From positions 73,408,001-73,472,000 of the forward strand of contig JBITNC010000001.1 of NCBI GenBank assembly GCA_050084985.1: a stretch of DNA of 64,000 nucleotides, given 5' to 3'. Origin of the DNA: Nageia nagi. Lineage: Eukaryota; Plantae; Pinophyta. Of this stretch, positions 22,922 through 36,691 are shown piece after piece; the first letter of the stretch is position 1, and each line of letters opens with the position of its first letter. The translations under genes and the position numbers were made by a program. The notes beneath the pieces are model-generated. The model saw nothing but the letters and a program-made list of their open reading frames with translations. It made no database searches and was not told the DNA's origin.

Positions 22922-25190
22922 TGCTAGGAATTATTACATCATGTAGGTCTTGCGTGAGCAGTTTTAGTTGTTTGTATCTATTCATGGATGTCTTGTGAAG
23001 TGTCCATCGGAGTAAAAATATAGTCAAGTTGTTTGTAGATAACCAACCATTGGATGCATGAATAAGTTTGGTTGCATAATAAAATTTGTTCAGCCTGTTG
23101 GCTGTTACGATATGGTATCATAGATAGCACTGTCCATTTCTCCTCACATGCATGGATATATGTTCAAGCCATGAAGCATAGGAAGAGAATTCATGGGTTG
23201 CCCATTAGCTATTCCTTTTTATAATCTTGTAGGGCTCATGGTACTTGGTTTAATGACATTCTTGTTCATGCCAGGAACTTTCACCAACAAGTTCATATAA
23301 GTGTCCCTGTTTCTGGCTGGAATGTGCAGGTGTATTACCCTCTCTTTGATTTCCATATTCTTGGCCTTGAGTTTGAGAAGAAACAGGATGAGTATTTCAT
23401 TCTGTTTATAAAGATGTTGAGGGAGGTAGAAGAGACTTGGAATTTGTTTCAATTGGTGGATGAAGAGTTCCCTGTGATGGAGGAGCTTCATAAATACATT
23501 GGATTTGTGGTGACTTGAAGCTGTTCAATGCCCATGTCTGTTTTACTGGATATTTTAGTAAAATTCCCTTATGATTGGGTCTTTCAAAGATCAATATCTC
23601 AGACAATAATCTGTATGCATGCATTTGTTCTATTGGATATTTGGCAGTTTTTTAGTTCAATGGCTGATGTGTAGCTCACTAGCAACTGGTTGGTTGTCTC
23701 ATTGTTTGAATCTCTGGAGTATTAGAAATTTGAGATAGTAATCAGTCTGCATGCAGCTGTTCTATTATTTGTGGATATTGAAACTCTGCCATTTGTTGAA
23801 CACTCTCCACGCAATGTGCATTAAGGTCCTTGGAATCTGCTTTGGCCACAAGATTTTGTTGTTATGATGGTGGCATTGCCCCATATGATGTGCCAACAAG
23901 AAAACTCCATGTCTTGAAGTTCTTTTTATCTGTTGCACAGACATGCGATATGCAGCTGTTCTATTATTTGTGGATATTGAAACTCTGCCATTGGTTGAAG
24001 ACTCTTCATGCAATATGCATTAAGGTCCTCAGAATCTGCTTTGGCCACAAGATTTTAATGTTATGATGGTGGCATTGCCACATATGATGTGCCAACAAGA
24101 AAACTCCATGTCTTGGAGTTTTTATTTATCTGTTGCGCAGACATGCGATGCATGATTATGACAATGGCACATGTTGGCATAAAGTGAGAATTCAAAACTT
24201 ACGTGGCCACTTTTATAAAATTGTAGAATACTACAGTGCCATGTTGGAAGCCATGGAGGCAGTGCTGCCTGACCATGTTTTGGTGAGGATTGTGATGGAA
24301 AACATATATGTCACTCCAAAATTCCAGAAAATGTTTTCTACGTGCCACTGCAACCATAAGATAATTACTTATGTGAATGTTGATGAACTGCCTGGCAAGT
24401 GTTGATTCAGCTGTCATGGAGTTGGGATTAGTGAGGAGAACCTTTGGCAGGCGAGGGAGGTGATGAGTTTGAGCAGAGCCTTATGGTGATGAAAACACCA
24501 AAAATAAAAGCGATTATGAAAACAACATAAGTCGGGATATTTTCTAAGTGCATGCAAATAAGGAATTTGAAGATACTTCAGTAAGTCACAGGTGATAGAA
24601 TATCTAGAAGAGAAGACTCAAGGTGAATGGTTGAGTTTGTCCCTATTCACCAGATTATGGATGTGATTGGTTGTGTTTGTCCCAATCACAGTTATTGATT
24701 ATGATCAGCTGTGTGTTTCCAATTATAATTTTTGTGGACTGTAGTGTGCATTTCTGTTTGCAACTTTGATATTGGATTGTGTGTATCATGGATAGTTGAG
24801 TGTGCCCCTATCCGTGGTTAAATGTGCAGTATGGTCTGTCCTATTGAAAAAGCGTAATGAGGCTAGTTCCACTATTGCCCGTTAGTTATTACGAATAGAT
24901 GAGTGTCCCTATTCATACCCTATGTACTAGTTAATTATTGAGTGTGTCAATCAGGTAGTCATTAGTATTCTTATCCCTGTTTGGAGCATGATTTAATAAT
25001 GGAGAAATGTTAGGAATTATTACATCAGTAGGTCTTGTGTGAGTAGTTTTAGTTATCTGTATCTATTCATGAACGTCTTGTGAGGTGTCCATAGGAGGAT
25101 GAATACAGTCAAGTTGGTTGTAGACGACCACCTAGTGAATGTATAAATAGGTTTGGTTGCATAATGAAATTTGTTGAGTTTTTGCGATAG
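22922..25190 (+). mobile_element. Old small non-autonomous LTR element with ~170-190-bp terminal repeats
   Basis: Diverged direct repeats start TG(C/T)TAGGAATTATTACATCA at 22922 and 25008. PBS-like TGGTATCATAG at 23113 and purine-rich GGAGAAA before the second repeat. Confidence 0.55.
23751..24149. repeat. 2 x 199-bp tandem duplication
   Basis: ATGCAGCTGTTCTATTATTTGTGG starts at 23751 and 23950; copies are highly similar. Confidence 0.92.
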
Positions 25191-26341
25191 GAAGTACCTT
25201 CTTGTGTATGCTTATTTTGTCCATTGCTATTTAGTGTACATGCGCTCAAGCCTTATATAGTTATATATATACCCTTTGGCTTTAAGAGAAATACTTTCCT
25301 TCTTGCATGATTTTGAAGAACTAAAGGTAATTCACCACCGTACTTTGATTGTTTGGACTTTGGAAAGATGGCAAAGCACTTGCTTGAGAAGACATCAAAT
25401 TGGCTTGTATGCCTCCAACTCTATACATTGGCTTCTAGTTTTGAAAACCTTTCTTCATATGGGTTTGGATTTATTGTTGCCTTTGGTGTATTCAAATATT
25501 CTGGCCTCTATACTCAGTTATAGGGTTTTCCTTCTTTAAAGGATTGTTTCCAAGTCTTTTTGGGTTAGTGCCATACGTCATCTTGAAACTCCTGCAAATC
25601 AAGGAATTTTCTCTGATACCAAATATGATGTTAAATTGGACAACGCTTAGGTCAGATAATTTGTGACAAATATTTCTTTGAATTGCAATATGGAACTTCA
25701 TTCCCATGGCTGAAATGGTGAAACCTTTGCTCAAACTTAGAATTTATGTTCAAAGTGTCAAATAAAATGCTTCCAGTTCAAAAACAAATCGATATAACAA
25801 TTCGGTAAATTAAGAACAGGAGGAGACTCTGAAAAAGACACCACAATTACATGGAGACAACTGCCATGTTTTAGACATATGTAATATTTGGGGAGCTCTT
25901 ACTTGTAGAAAACAATGGTGTAAGGCTGTATGTCACGCAAGGTTTCCTTGTTTACATGAGAAAGGAAGACATTTTTTTAGATTTAATACATAACTTAACA
26001 TTACAACCAAATACAAGCTTAAAACAAAATAGCTTAGTACATTGCACAGGGTTGTGTATAGCTGCAAAACACCGAATATATCAGCTATACTTTCTCTAAA
26101 ATTAATCTCCCATCATCAGAGGTAATGTTGTTGCCTTATTGGGAGTAGGAAATACTGTAGCTTTTCAACCATGTTTTCAACTATTATTTTATATCTTACT
26201 TCCCATGATAGAAATCATGCAAAGTAGTTTGAATGACAATCAATTTAGTCATTTTTGATCTATCTATCACTATTGGGCATTACTTTGTTGTGGCAGTTAT
26301 CTCTCTTCTGAAATAAAAGACATGCAATTTTTTTTGTGCAG

Positions 26342-26505
26342 GCTTGTAAGGACTTCCATGCATGCAAATGGCCGTCAAAATTATTGAGTTCTGACCTTTC
26401 TTTACCTAGATACTTCAACAAACTGAATGTCAAACATATTGATGCAATTCAGGAAATTAAGGCGACAAATTGTCAAGTTATCACATTCTCTCACTTTCTT
26501 CCAAG
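26342..26505 (+). CDS. Calcineurin-like metallophosphoesterase family gene, internal exon
   Basis: TGCAG| acceptor and |GTAAC donor. Encodes ACKDFHACKWPSKLLSSDLSLPRYFNKLNVKHIDAIQEIKATNCQVITFSHFLP(R), and its phase matches the next exon. Confidence 0.9.
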
Positions 26506-29329
26506 GTAACGTGTTCTTGATGCAGAGGACCCTTTGAAAAGATACCTTTTTTCATGACTTTTTCCTATTTGTAGTTTACTGGATTTGCACACGATATGTT
26601 CTCAGTTATAACATGCATATTCAACTTTCAAGTGAACATTATAATGCACATAATGTAATTCAGAATATGTCCTCTAATGAGAAAAAGGGAATCCCTGTAT
26701 TTTGATTTCGAATTAAAAATTAAAAACCCTTCTCAACTTTCAGTTTCTTCCTGAAGCACAAGAAGACAGTCCAAATTCAGAACTGTTTATATGATGCTTT
26801 AAAGAATTGACTGTTTTACCATTATTTGTAAAACGTACAAATGTTGAGAGATACAAGGTTGTCCTTGCAATGAGAATAAGCGATAGGAGGTAAGAGAACA
26901 GAAAGAAGGAAGTAAAATAAAGAAAGAAATCAAATAAACTAAAATAATGAAAGAAATCAGATTATTGTCCATGATTGTGATGGTGATGCATCTCTGAGAC
27001 ACCAGGAAATTCTATTAAATGTTTCCTTTGTTTCTCCTGATATCTGGAAGAAGTCTCCATGCAAGGATGATGTCTTCGCTTTCAATACATGAAAAAACAA
27101 GAAAAACAAGTCTAACCCTAAAATCTACTATAAATGGCTATTGAGACGAAAAGAGCTTTAATATTACAAGAATTTCATATGCAGTAACGAGGAGAAAAAG
27201 GATAAATCTTAAATTGATATAGTTTTGATACTCAGTTATGGAAATCTAAAGAAGCCACCTAGAGTATTTTTTGGATTTAAAATATACAATCCTTGCTTAT
27301 TACAACTTAAATATTTTATCCAAAACATGGAAAGTTTGATGATAACATTGATAGAAACGACCTCACAACACAAAGCACATGTGATGTTTGGTGTGTATAA
27401 TGATGTACAGCTTGATTTTTATTATTCTTAAATATTTGGTGTATAAGGCCAAAGAGTGTTTAGAAATCCAGTGCATGTGCATATGATCAACATTTCCTAA
27501 AGATAGGAGTATAAGTACAACACATTAGATTACATTGCAGCTCGACCATACCCAATAATTGTCTTGACCCTCCAAGGCTGTTTCCTTCCTCTTCAACCAG
27601 ACTAGAGCGAGTCAAAGGATTACTAGATCACTAGGGTGGATAATCAGGAGGTACTAGGTTCATGTTTTTTTCTGGTTCATGATTTTTAACATGGTTAGGT
27701 TAGCATAAGCTGGTGTGATATTTGACAGGGGTTGTTTTATTGTTAATATAACCTCCAAGAAGAAGCTAGACCAAAAAGGTGCAATATCTGAATGGTATCA
27801 TATGAGCTCAGATAAGAGTACAAGACGTTCAGAAGTATGATGCATGTCTCTCCTAGCTTTTATCCAATTACCATTCGCTTTCCTTATCCATCATCGATAT
27901 TAGATATGACTTCATATACCATGCATTATTGGAGCCTTGCTTGATGACTCATAAATGATCCCAAACCCTAAATTGACCTGATCCAACAACTTATCGTATG
28001 AATTATTGGTATGTCAATGAATGTATATCCATGTACAAAATTCCTTTATGTCATAGTCCACAAGCCTGCCTTCATCCCTTGTAGAGTTTATAAATATCTC
28101 CTTTTAATGAAGTAACTGAAATTTCTCTCCTTGAGATGTTTTGAAATCATTAATGAGCTCCATAATTCTCCAAGGAACTTTTGGTATACCCTTTTCACCA
28201 ACAAAACATTTTCTTTCACCATTTATCCCCAATCATAGTCATTTGTGCTGCTTCTCATTGCAGTGTTCCTAATCAAACTCTTATTCATGTCTCTTCTTGG
28301 CCAACTTCTTGTTACTTCTTTCCTTCTAAGGTATATCAAGAGACCTATTAGAATGCTCAATACCCGCAGAGCAACTAATGTGAATGATTTCAATCCAGGT
28401 TCCTCAAATTTGCCATTGAATCACCATCACGAATTTGTTTAAAGGTTTCGGTGCTTTATTCTCTCCTCATATGCAACATATCTTTGTTCTTGTAGACTAA
28501 AAAAGAGAACAATGTATTAAAATATGTATAATTAATCATTTTTATAGAATTAAAATAGATTCATAACTAAATGAGTATAGGATGTAGCAATTAAGATCAT
28601 GTGGTATGAACAAGGGGAGATACATATAAAACTTATTTGAAATTGGAGGATCAGAGATAGGATGATGAACAAGTTGTGACCTTGGAAGACGAATCCTGGT
28701 GTTTTGGAGTGAACCAATGACAAACTTGTGCTATGTTGGTAAGACTCTTGACTCTTGGTATTAGTTTGGGGTCAATTTAGGCTAGGGATCAAATCCCTTA
28801 CTTTTTGGTGTGGGCGTCCCAAAATGCCCATGTTTCGGGCTTGGTGGATTTTTGAGGCATGATGACATTCGAGGGATATGTTCTATGATATGATGCCTGA
28901 TTTTGCTGATCTCCTTGCGAAATTTTGTTGCGATACCTAAGAATATGACTTACAGAAAAGCTTGGAAGAATACGACGAGTCTTACAAAAAATATTAGCAT
29001 TAGGGCATTTTGATGAGCATTTATAGCCTTGTATGTGAGATCCTAAGATATCTTTGTATATCAAATGAGCTTTTATTCTTTTCTTTATATAGATGTGGAA
29101 AATCTAATTTTGAATTCACTCAAGTCTAATCACCTAGGTCGGCATATGCATGAGATAATGTGAAATTAGAAGAAATTACTTAATTTTCAAAATGACCCTA
29201 AGTGGATCCAAAATTGATATTTTGTATGAATCAAATAATCACTTAAAATAAAAATTATTTCAAATAGCTAAAATGCAAATTTAAGTGCCTACTATTTCTA
29301 TTGACAAATATGAGGATAACTTGATCTCA

Positions 29330-31150
29330 AATAACTACAAAAGTTGGATACACTTTTGCCAAGCTCTTTGCTATTGTCCTAGACATGAAGCTCTTGAAAA
29401 AGTTGGAGGAAAGTAGACTTTGAGCAAATGGATGAGATTGATTTTTAAATGATGACAAGATCAATGACCACAATGTCTTTCTTTGTGATGTTATTAAGAA
29501 TGTATGCTATCTTCCAAAATCATTGTTGTTTTGTGGATATGATAAAAGCTTTTGATATTATCCCCAACACTTTTTATTCTAATGGATGTGTGGCATAGGA
29601 ATATTTGAGTCCTTTGTCAATGCCATCATGAGACTAGTAGGTTTTGGTTTGTTGTTTTCGGACTACCTTCGTATTTTTTGATGAGGTCAAAAGAATTATG
29701 GGGAATGAAGGTATCCTCTTTCACTAGTTCTCTTCAAGACATACATTGATGAACTTGAAGACCATTTGTTGATAAATGCATGCATATGATGATTAACTAT
29801 TGTATCATGTTATTTTTCATATTATTCATTGTTGACGATATGGTTCTTGTCCATTCTTTTGAGGATCGCATTTTTTCTATTTTCTCCATCTGAGTAGTGG
29901 AGTCTTGAGTACCACATTATTTTCAGATACCTTGTCTATTATGAGATCGATGGAAGGTTCGATTACTTATTCAAAGACTCTAACAAATGTCTCTCCACTT
30001 TCTTCCTGGATCTCAATCAGTGGTGCTTGGCCCTTTATATTCGAGAGGTTGTCTCTCTTAGGTGCAAATCTCTATAAGAGGCCACCATAAATACCGAGCT
30101 GATTACTTCCTTCTTTCAACCCATGAAATCTATTGGGGGTGTTAATCGCCTTCGAGACACTACCAGCTCCTGCATTGAAAGTGATAGTTTAGTTTGTCGA
30201 CATTCTTCACTATGCACCACTACCCAGGTTCTCCAACAATTTTCCCACCCTAGACATTACATAGTTATTTCAACGAGCAACAAGGTTCTTCCTTACATCT
30301 ATTGTTAGATCAACATAGGCACTCTCTTATTAACACTTTCTCCTTTCTCACTAGTCATCCTTCGGGCTTGGATGTTAGGAGTGGTTTGAGCAACAACTTT
30401 CAGTTTCTCCTTAGGATCCCATTTGAGGGCTTTCTCCCATCGCAATTCTCAGTTCTTGCATGAGACCTTTGTGGCTATCAACATCACATTTGATGGTTCC
30501 TCAAACTCGCATTCCACTCTAGGTTTTTGACAACACTTGGTTTCTTGTTGTGCTCCTCTTTAGTGTCTCTTTTTTTTCTTTTCTTCATTTCTCTTGGAAG
30601 GGCCCTCCCCTCTTGATTTTGTTATTTTAGGGTTAAGGTTCAAGGATTATCTCCCTTTACCTCCTTACCCCTTTGTTTGATATAATCAACTTTATTTCTC
30701 TAGGGTCTTTTTCTCTAGTTCTGATCTATTTCTTTGGTTGTACTTTCGAGTCCCTTTGACCTTTTTGGTCACCTGAGGACATTAATATAATTTCTTTTTT
30801 TGTTTCTCTTTTTGAAGGCTTGAAATAACAACTTGATGATCTTGCACATTTTTTTGAATTTTGGCAGCTTATAATTAACCTTAGGAAAGCTAAGATTATG
30901 GTCTTCAACATGTCAAAAGACTCTCACCAATTTTTAGTTCTTCTATAGATGTGAGTTGATTAGGATTTCTATGGCCAATACTTGTTTGGGAGGTCAATTG
31001 ATGGCTCCTCTCAATCTCAAGGATGTCACTCAATCATGTCTTTGAGGGCATGCTTCCTTTTCTACACTAGAGCATTAGTTTTCTCTTACATTATCAAGCT
31101 TACAATTTGTAGTCTTTATTCTTTAAGAATAAGCCTAAAGGATAAATTTT
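29330..31150 (+). mobile_element. LINE reverse-transcriptase remnant interrupted by a ~950-bp insertion (~29863-30813)
   Basis: HCCFVDMIKAFDIIP (29521), YIDELE and LFIVDDMVLV (29822), then resumes EGLK*QLDDLAHF...INLRKAKIMVFN (30814). Confidence 0.75.
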
Positions 31151-33179
31151 TGTCTTTGGAAATGTAGTTTTAATTCTTCATTCTTTGCAAATAAGATTAA
31201 GGAATTGCATTCTTTATTCTTGATATTTTGGAACATTTTGGAGATAATATTAGCTAGCCAACTAGTTAGCTCTAGTTTAGGAATGAGCTGTCATTTCTTC
31301 AAATCGGAACTTGGTTAGGATGATGTTAGCATAAAGCTAGGTGTTTGAAAAAGTATAAGGTCAGAACTTTTAAGTCGACATCAGCATTGTTTGCTATAGG
31401 TTTCAACCCTTCAACAAATCTAGCAGAAGCTCGGGAAGATGAAAGTTCGGAACTCCTACAAATCGACTTCAACACTCTCTCCACTGAGTTCCATCTTGGG
31501 AAAGTGAAAGGTCAAAAGAGCTAGCATAATATCGAAAAAGCATAGATGCCAAAAGTTTCAAGAGTCAACATCAACATTGCTTCCTTTAAGTTTCAACCCT
31601 TCAGATAAATAAAGTCAAGATCGGAGATGCTAAACCTAGAATTAAGCTGACCTGTGTATTTAACAATCACATCACTTTCGGAATAAAGTCAACATTATAA
31701 TGCAAAGATAAGCCTCCTACATGCAAGCCTTGACACCCAAGTTCTTATTGAGGAGAATGACATCAGCTTCCTAAAATAGTCATAAGAGATGGAGATCAAA
31801 CAAACATTAAGCTCACATGACTGAAACTCCTAGATGATACTGTCGAGGATTGACATGCTTGCTTGAATTGCCAGCATTGCTAGAAGACAAAGAAGATGAA
31901 CCAATACTGCAAGACATGTGAACCGATTTAAAGAAGATGAACTGATGTTGCATGGCATGTGAACCAACCAGAAATAGCCAAGATTGCAAAAATTACTGAT
32001 TGTCTTGGCGGAAGTCCAAAAATTACTTTTGTAATTGATGCGCACACCAGTTTCTTGCCCGACATGCATCTTGCATGTGTTGGAAGATTGTAATTTTAAT
32101 AGTTTTGAGTTATTTCTATCATTTTAAAAAAACTATGAAAAGGAATAGAGGTCTTGGTATCAAGGTTTGAAAGTTCAAAATTTTGCCCTTTCATAAACCA
32201 AGCTTGTATTATTTTCTCAATATAATTCAAAGTTGTTTGACCTCCTCCAATCGGTAGTGTTGGATATATCTATCATTTATAGGTGTAGGTGGATGTTATT
32301 AGTATTTAGGCTTTTGCTAGCAAATGCTTAGCTTTGATTGAGATTTATCTATTAGGCAATGGATTATTGTAGGATTGAAAATTGTAATGCTATTTAGTTG
32401 AATTTGTGGTTGTCTGTAACCTGTCCACTTGGAATCTACCAAGAAGTAGATTGGTTGAATTGGTCTCTCTCTCTCTCTCTCATCTTCAAAACAAGTTGTA
32501 AAGGACCCAACTTTCTCCAATGGTTGATTTGATTAAATATCGAATCATCCAATGTTACTAAGGTCAAGGGCACATATTATTTTCTTAGGCTGATCATCAC
32601 AATCCTTGGTGGATCCATGGATTGAGCAGGTCCAAACTCTCTTCTGGTAGTACATGATTAGTTGTAGGAGGATAGTCCTATAGTATGTTGTTCCAAATTA
32701 GTTCTTTGCTTAACCTCTGTAGGTCGAGAGCATGAAGCTTGTAGTAGTTAAACACAAATTCTGCAAGCCTTTGGCTTAGTAAATACTTAAATTGGCAAAA
32801 AGGTAGTTAAAGACTTGCCAAAAACATGGGGATTAAAAATATTAAAATATTGATTTTTTGAACAATTTGATAAAAGTCATGACTTGCGAAAAAAACTTGG
32901 TAAAAACTAGAAAGCTCAACTACAGAATCAACGAAAATGTATTAACCTTAAAAATTCATGAGTTAAATGTGAGTGTTTGTTTTGATTGACAAGATCACTT
33001 GTGAGTTCTCGCTAGACTTGAAGAGTTTTACTACTATGATTAGGATCATCTTTCATCTCTAGACACTTATGTCAATGGGAAACTATGAGCTAGGTAGAAA
33101 GAGGGATGTTTTTTTTGGCCCTTTGCTCATTGGAATGGGTAGCTTCCAAGAATATGGGTGGTCCTTGATGTGACTACTA

Positions 33180-33760
33180 ATGGGAAGCAAGATTTCTTTG
33201 TTCCATTTGGAATTGTGGACATCCTTCCTTCATGTACCATTTGAACACTCTTCACCCTTTTCTTAAGAAGAAGATATCAATAAACTAGACAAGGAGGATA
33301 TATGTTGAAAATAAATTTTGTTCATCTGTATCACTTCATCCCAACCTCTTAGCTCCAAATTGGCATATCCTTTCTAATAGGTGGAGGATGACATTCTTAC
33401 ACTCTTTGACCATATTTGAAGGAATGGACTCATGGCCTTGTGGTTCATCTTGGCCAACTCAAAGTTTTTCCTCATCAAGTATGTGTTCAAACAAATCTCT
33501 ACATTGCTACAGAGGTCATAGTTTTTCAAGTTTTCTCCCTTTAAGAGGTGGAGACTAAGCACCATTTCATCTTTAGATGCCTCATTTATTATAAAACTCA
33601 AGAGAGGTGCTACTACTTTTTTAGAGACTTCGATAGGTCATTGTTTGCCTTTTATTCTACACAACCAAAGAGACTTAGCTTTTTTAACTTAGTTAAGAGT
33701 CCACTCACAGGTGCCAAAATGTGAAAGAAGTTTCCAGAGCTATCGGATTACTCTTCACTT
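33180..33760 (-). mobile_element. Highly decayed Ty3/gypsy pol fragments (RT-RNase H/integrase-like)
   Basis: Weak resemblance to the RT-RH connection region (LKKVVAPLL, INEAS) on the minus strand. Confidence 0.3.
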
Positions 33761-33839
33761 TCTTCCCTCTTACTCCACTTTTATGGGCACTAGGAGTTCA
33801 TTTGATGTCACTTTTTCTTAAACTAGAGATAATATATCA

Positions 33840-33993
33840 ATGGATTGGCCTATAGGCTATGGTTAAGAAGCATGTACGCCTTTGCGAGCTACCTCCAAGT
33901 TCTCTACGATCTCTCCTACTCGAGCAAGGCAGTCTAGATATATTGGTCTCCAATGTTGTGGGATAGATGCTTCTTAACCATAGGCCAATCCAT
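33840..33993. repeat. Inverted repeat / MITE-like hairpin
   Basis: ATGGATTGGCCTAT(aggctat)GGTTAAGAAGCAT pairs with ATGCTTCTTAACCATAGGCCAATCCAT. Confidence 0.7.
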
Positions 33994-34142
33994 CTTGAGA
34001 AACATTTATCATCATTTTCTTACCTCCTTTGACTAGAGTATCTTGCATTGGATCTTTTGGGATGGTTGATGATGGTTATGCTTCTATCATTTGACACTCC
34101 ACCATAAAGTAAAATTGACCATTTTATATTTGCAGAATGTTA

Positions 34143-34310
34143 GTTTATGCTTTGTTCCCGGAAGTTTCCTTTTAGTTCCATCAAACTACTGACACATGAA
34201 GTTTATGCTTTGTTACCGGAAGTTTCCTTTTAGTTCCTTGTAGAATTGACTATTTTTTATGTCTGATGTGTTAATCTATGCTTTGTTCCCGGAAGTTTCC
34301 TTTTAGTTCC
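34143..34310. repeat. Three copies of a ~35-bp motif (local tandem duplication)
   Basis: TATGCTTTGTT(C/A)CCGGAAGTTTCCTTTTAGTTCC at ~34146, 34204 and 34277. Confidence 0.85.
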
Positions 34311-36199
34311 ATTTGAGGACATTAATAAATTTTATTTTTTCTTATCATCTGTACTAACATTATTGGTTTCAATGCAACATTAATGCCATCTCTTTATTTC
34401 ACTTTGCTCAAGGATATTTGATGCCCTTATTTTGAAGCTGCAAGCTATATGACCTTTGCCTTCGATAGGGTTGAAACTTGAGACTTACAATTATAAGAAG
34501 ACACTCCAAGTCCTGAGCTAAATCAAGGCTGCTAAGTGCAAATGACTAGACCCGCATCTTTCCTAGATTTTGTGAGTTTTTACAGCTCTTGTTAATCCAA
34601 TGAATCTATCTGAGTTTCTACGAAGAAAACAAGAGAACAGAAAATAATATATATGTATAGGTACATTTCTCCATTTTGCTCATAATGTGTATGATAAGTT
34701 TGGGTAGTTTGGTATGTTATTGATGCTAATTTGTTGATGAATTTATGTAACATTTCTTTTGTTGAATTTGTTAAATTTTAAATGTTCGTCTAGTTTAATA
34801 TGTCAAAACTAGCTGATTCTTTGTCAATTTTTTGCCGAATGGGAGTCTTAACACTATGGTTACCAGTTACCTCAATAGTTCCATTGAATATAACCCCTCT
34901 TAATTCAGCTGATTCTTTTTTTGTTAATTTTGACTTCTGCAGTAAGGGAGGATTCAACAACCACTCTCAACTCTCTAGAAAGTCATCATCATTGATGCTT
35001 GAAATACCTAGTTAATGAAGCATTTGGCTATTAAATCTTCCTAGGTTTTCAGTGGAATCTTGCTTACTTCATATCCATTTTTTCATTATCTTCTTGTATC
35101 TTATTTCTCGTGTATCTTTGTCAGATGTAAGAGTGAATGACATTCCTGAGGATTATTTTGTGGAAATCGAAGCTTTTTGCATCATGGATAGATTCAAATA
35201 TACTTAATTTAAATTGTATTCATGATGGAGATGATCCGTGGATGAATGCCTTTCCGTTGATTGTTCATAAACTATTAGTACCTCTTCAAAAAACAGTGAA
35301 ATGTTGGGAAAACTATTCCATTTTTACTTCTAGCCTTTTAAACAAAAAAAAAAAAAAAAAGAAAGAAGAAAGAGATTTCCTCAACTCTGCACTTTTAGTT
35401 CAGCATTCTTCTTTGCATCTATTGTTGGCGAAATGTTTGTGGCCAGTAAAATCACAATAGCACCAGTTATCATAAAGTTATGTTGGAAAGAGGGACATTG
35501 GAGCTCATATCCAGTGAACAGCTTATTTACGTTTTTATTTTCTTTCAATGATATTAACCCAACAACAGAAAATAGAGTGCCTTGCATGATATATATTTAA
35601 GTATGCAAATATTCATCCCCCGAAGAGCACTGTTTAGTTTTCTTGAAAGCAACTGCATGTGGGTAATTGTTCTGTTATTGGCTGCATGTAGTACAAACTT
35701 GAAATCATCTTTATGTAATCATTGTTTAAATTTTAACACAAAAATAATACACGAATTCCCTTTTAAGAGGACATGTTTTTAGGATATGGCACCTACAATA
35801 TTTATTTTAGTTGGATATAAGTCTTTATTGATGCTTCAGTGATCAAAATTGAAATCTATAAGGATTTTTGTGCATATTCCTAATTTCCTACTGATTGTAG
35901 TTTTGGCAAATGAGCTACAGGTATGATTTTTTCAATTATTAACCGGAGAAAATGAGAGGAAAGCATTATCACATGCTGAACTAAAAATGTAAAATACTGG
36001 CTCTTGTCATTAGGTAGCTGCTCATGCTTCTGTGTAATTTATTAGGGAATATTACTTTTACTGTGACTGTGAACTTGGGTAGATGGGGCTTTCCGGTAAT
36101 GCTTCATTTTTGAAATTTCTCAACTAAGCTCTGCCATTGGACATTGTTAGTGAAAACCTTATAATTGCATGATGTATCTATGAGAACGGATGTATGCAG

Positions 36200-36376
36200 G
36201 CCAGAACTATGTCCAGAGAAAAGGATGTTGTTCTACCCAAATCTTCCGAAGATCATTGGTTCTGATTTTCTGGAGCCCTGGTTGAGGAATATACATGGAC
36301 CAAATGGAAACCCAACAGCTTGCCATGTTTTTGGACATACTCATTTCTGCTGGGACTCTGTATTGGATGGGATCAG
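36200..36376 (+). CDS. Metallophosphoesterase gene, penultimate coding exon
   Basis: GCAG| acceptor and |GTAG donor. Encodes PELCPEKRMLFYPNLPKIIGSDFLEPWLRNIHG...CHVFGHTHFCWDSVLDGI(R), including the GHxH metal-binding motif. Confidence 0.93.
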
Positions 36377-36471
36377 GTAGCATGTTAGTTGTATTTAGTC
36401 TATGAAATGATAATTATATATTTTAATTTTTATATAATATCAAATCTATTGCTTTATTTATCCATCTGCAG

Positions 36472-36691
36472 ATATATCCAAGCACCTTTGGCATATCCCC
36501 GTGAAAGAAAAAAAAGAATGAATGGAGGTGAAGCATGGCTACCATTTTGCATATATGACTCTGACAATGGAGGCTTATATAGTAAATTGTTACCCTCCTA
36601 CTGGTCTGAGTACTATCGAATGGAAGAAAGAGAGCCACAGAACACAGAACTTGCTCCATGGGTTGCCAGATTCTATAATAGGACCAAGTGA
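36472..36691 (+). CDS. Metallophosphoesterase gene, last coding exon
   Basis: Follows a 95-bp AT-rich intron with CTGCAG| acceptor. Encodes YIQAPLAYPRERKKRMNGGEAWLPFCIY...ELAPWVARFYNRTK*. Confidence 0.93.

Noticed and set aside
31221-32275. Possible solo LTR (TGATA...TATCA, internal ~190-bp repeat)
   Set aside because: The flanking 5-mers (ATTCT/TTTAT) do not form a TSD, so the boundaries are unsupported.
34143-34310. CRISPR-like look: three ~35-bp repeats with different spacers
   Set aside because: The spacers are unequal in length, and the second resembles the sequence upstream of the first repeat, so this is a local tandem duplication. The context is a eukaryotic intron with no cas genes.
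36165-36691. ORF-track ORFs 36165-36380 and 36389-36691 as separate genes
   Set aside because: Their N-termini are intronic; they are spliced exons of one gene.
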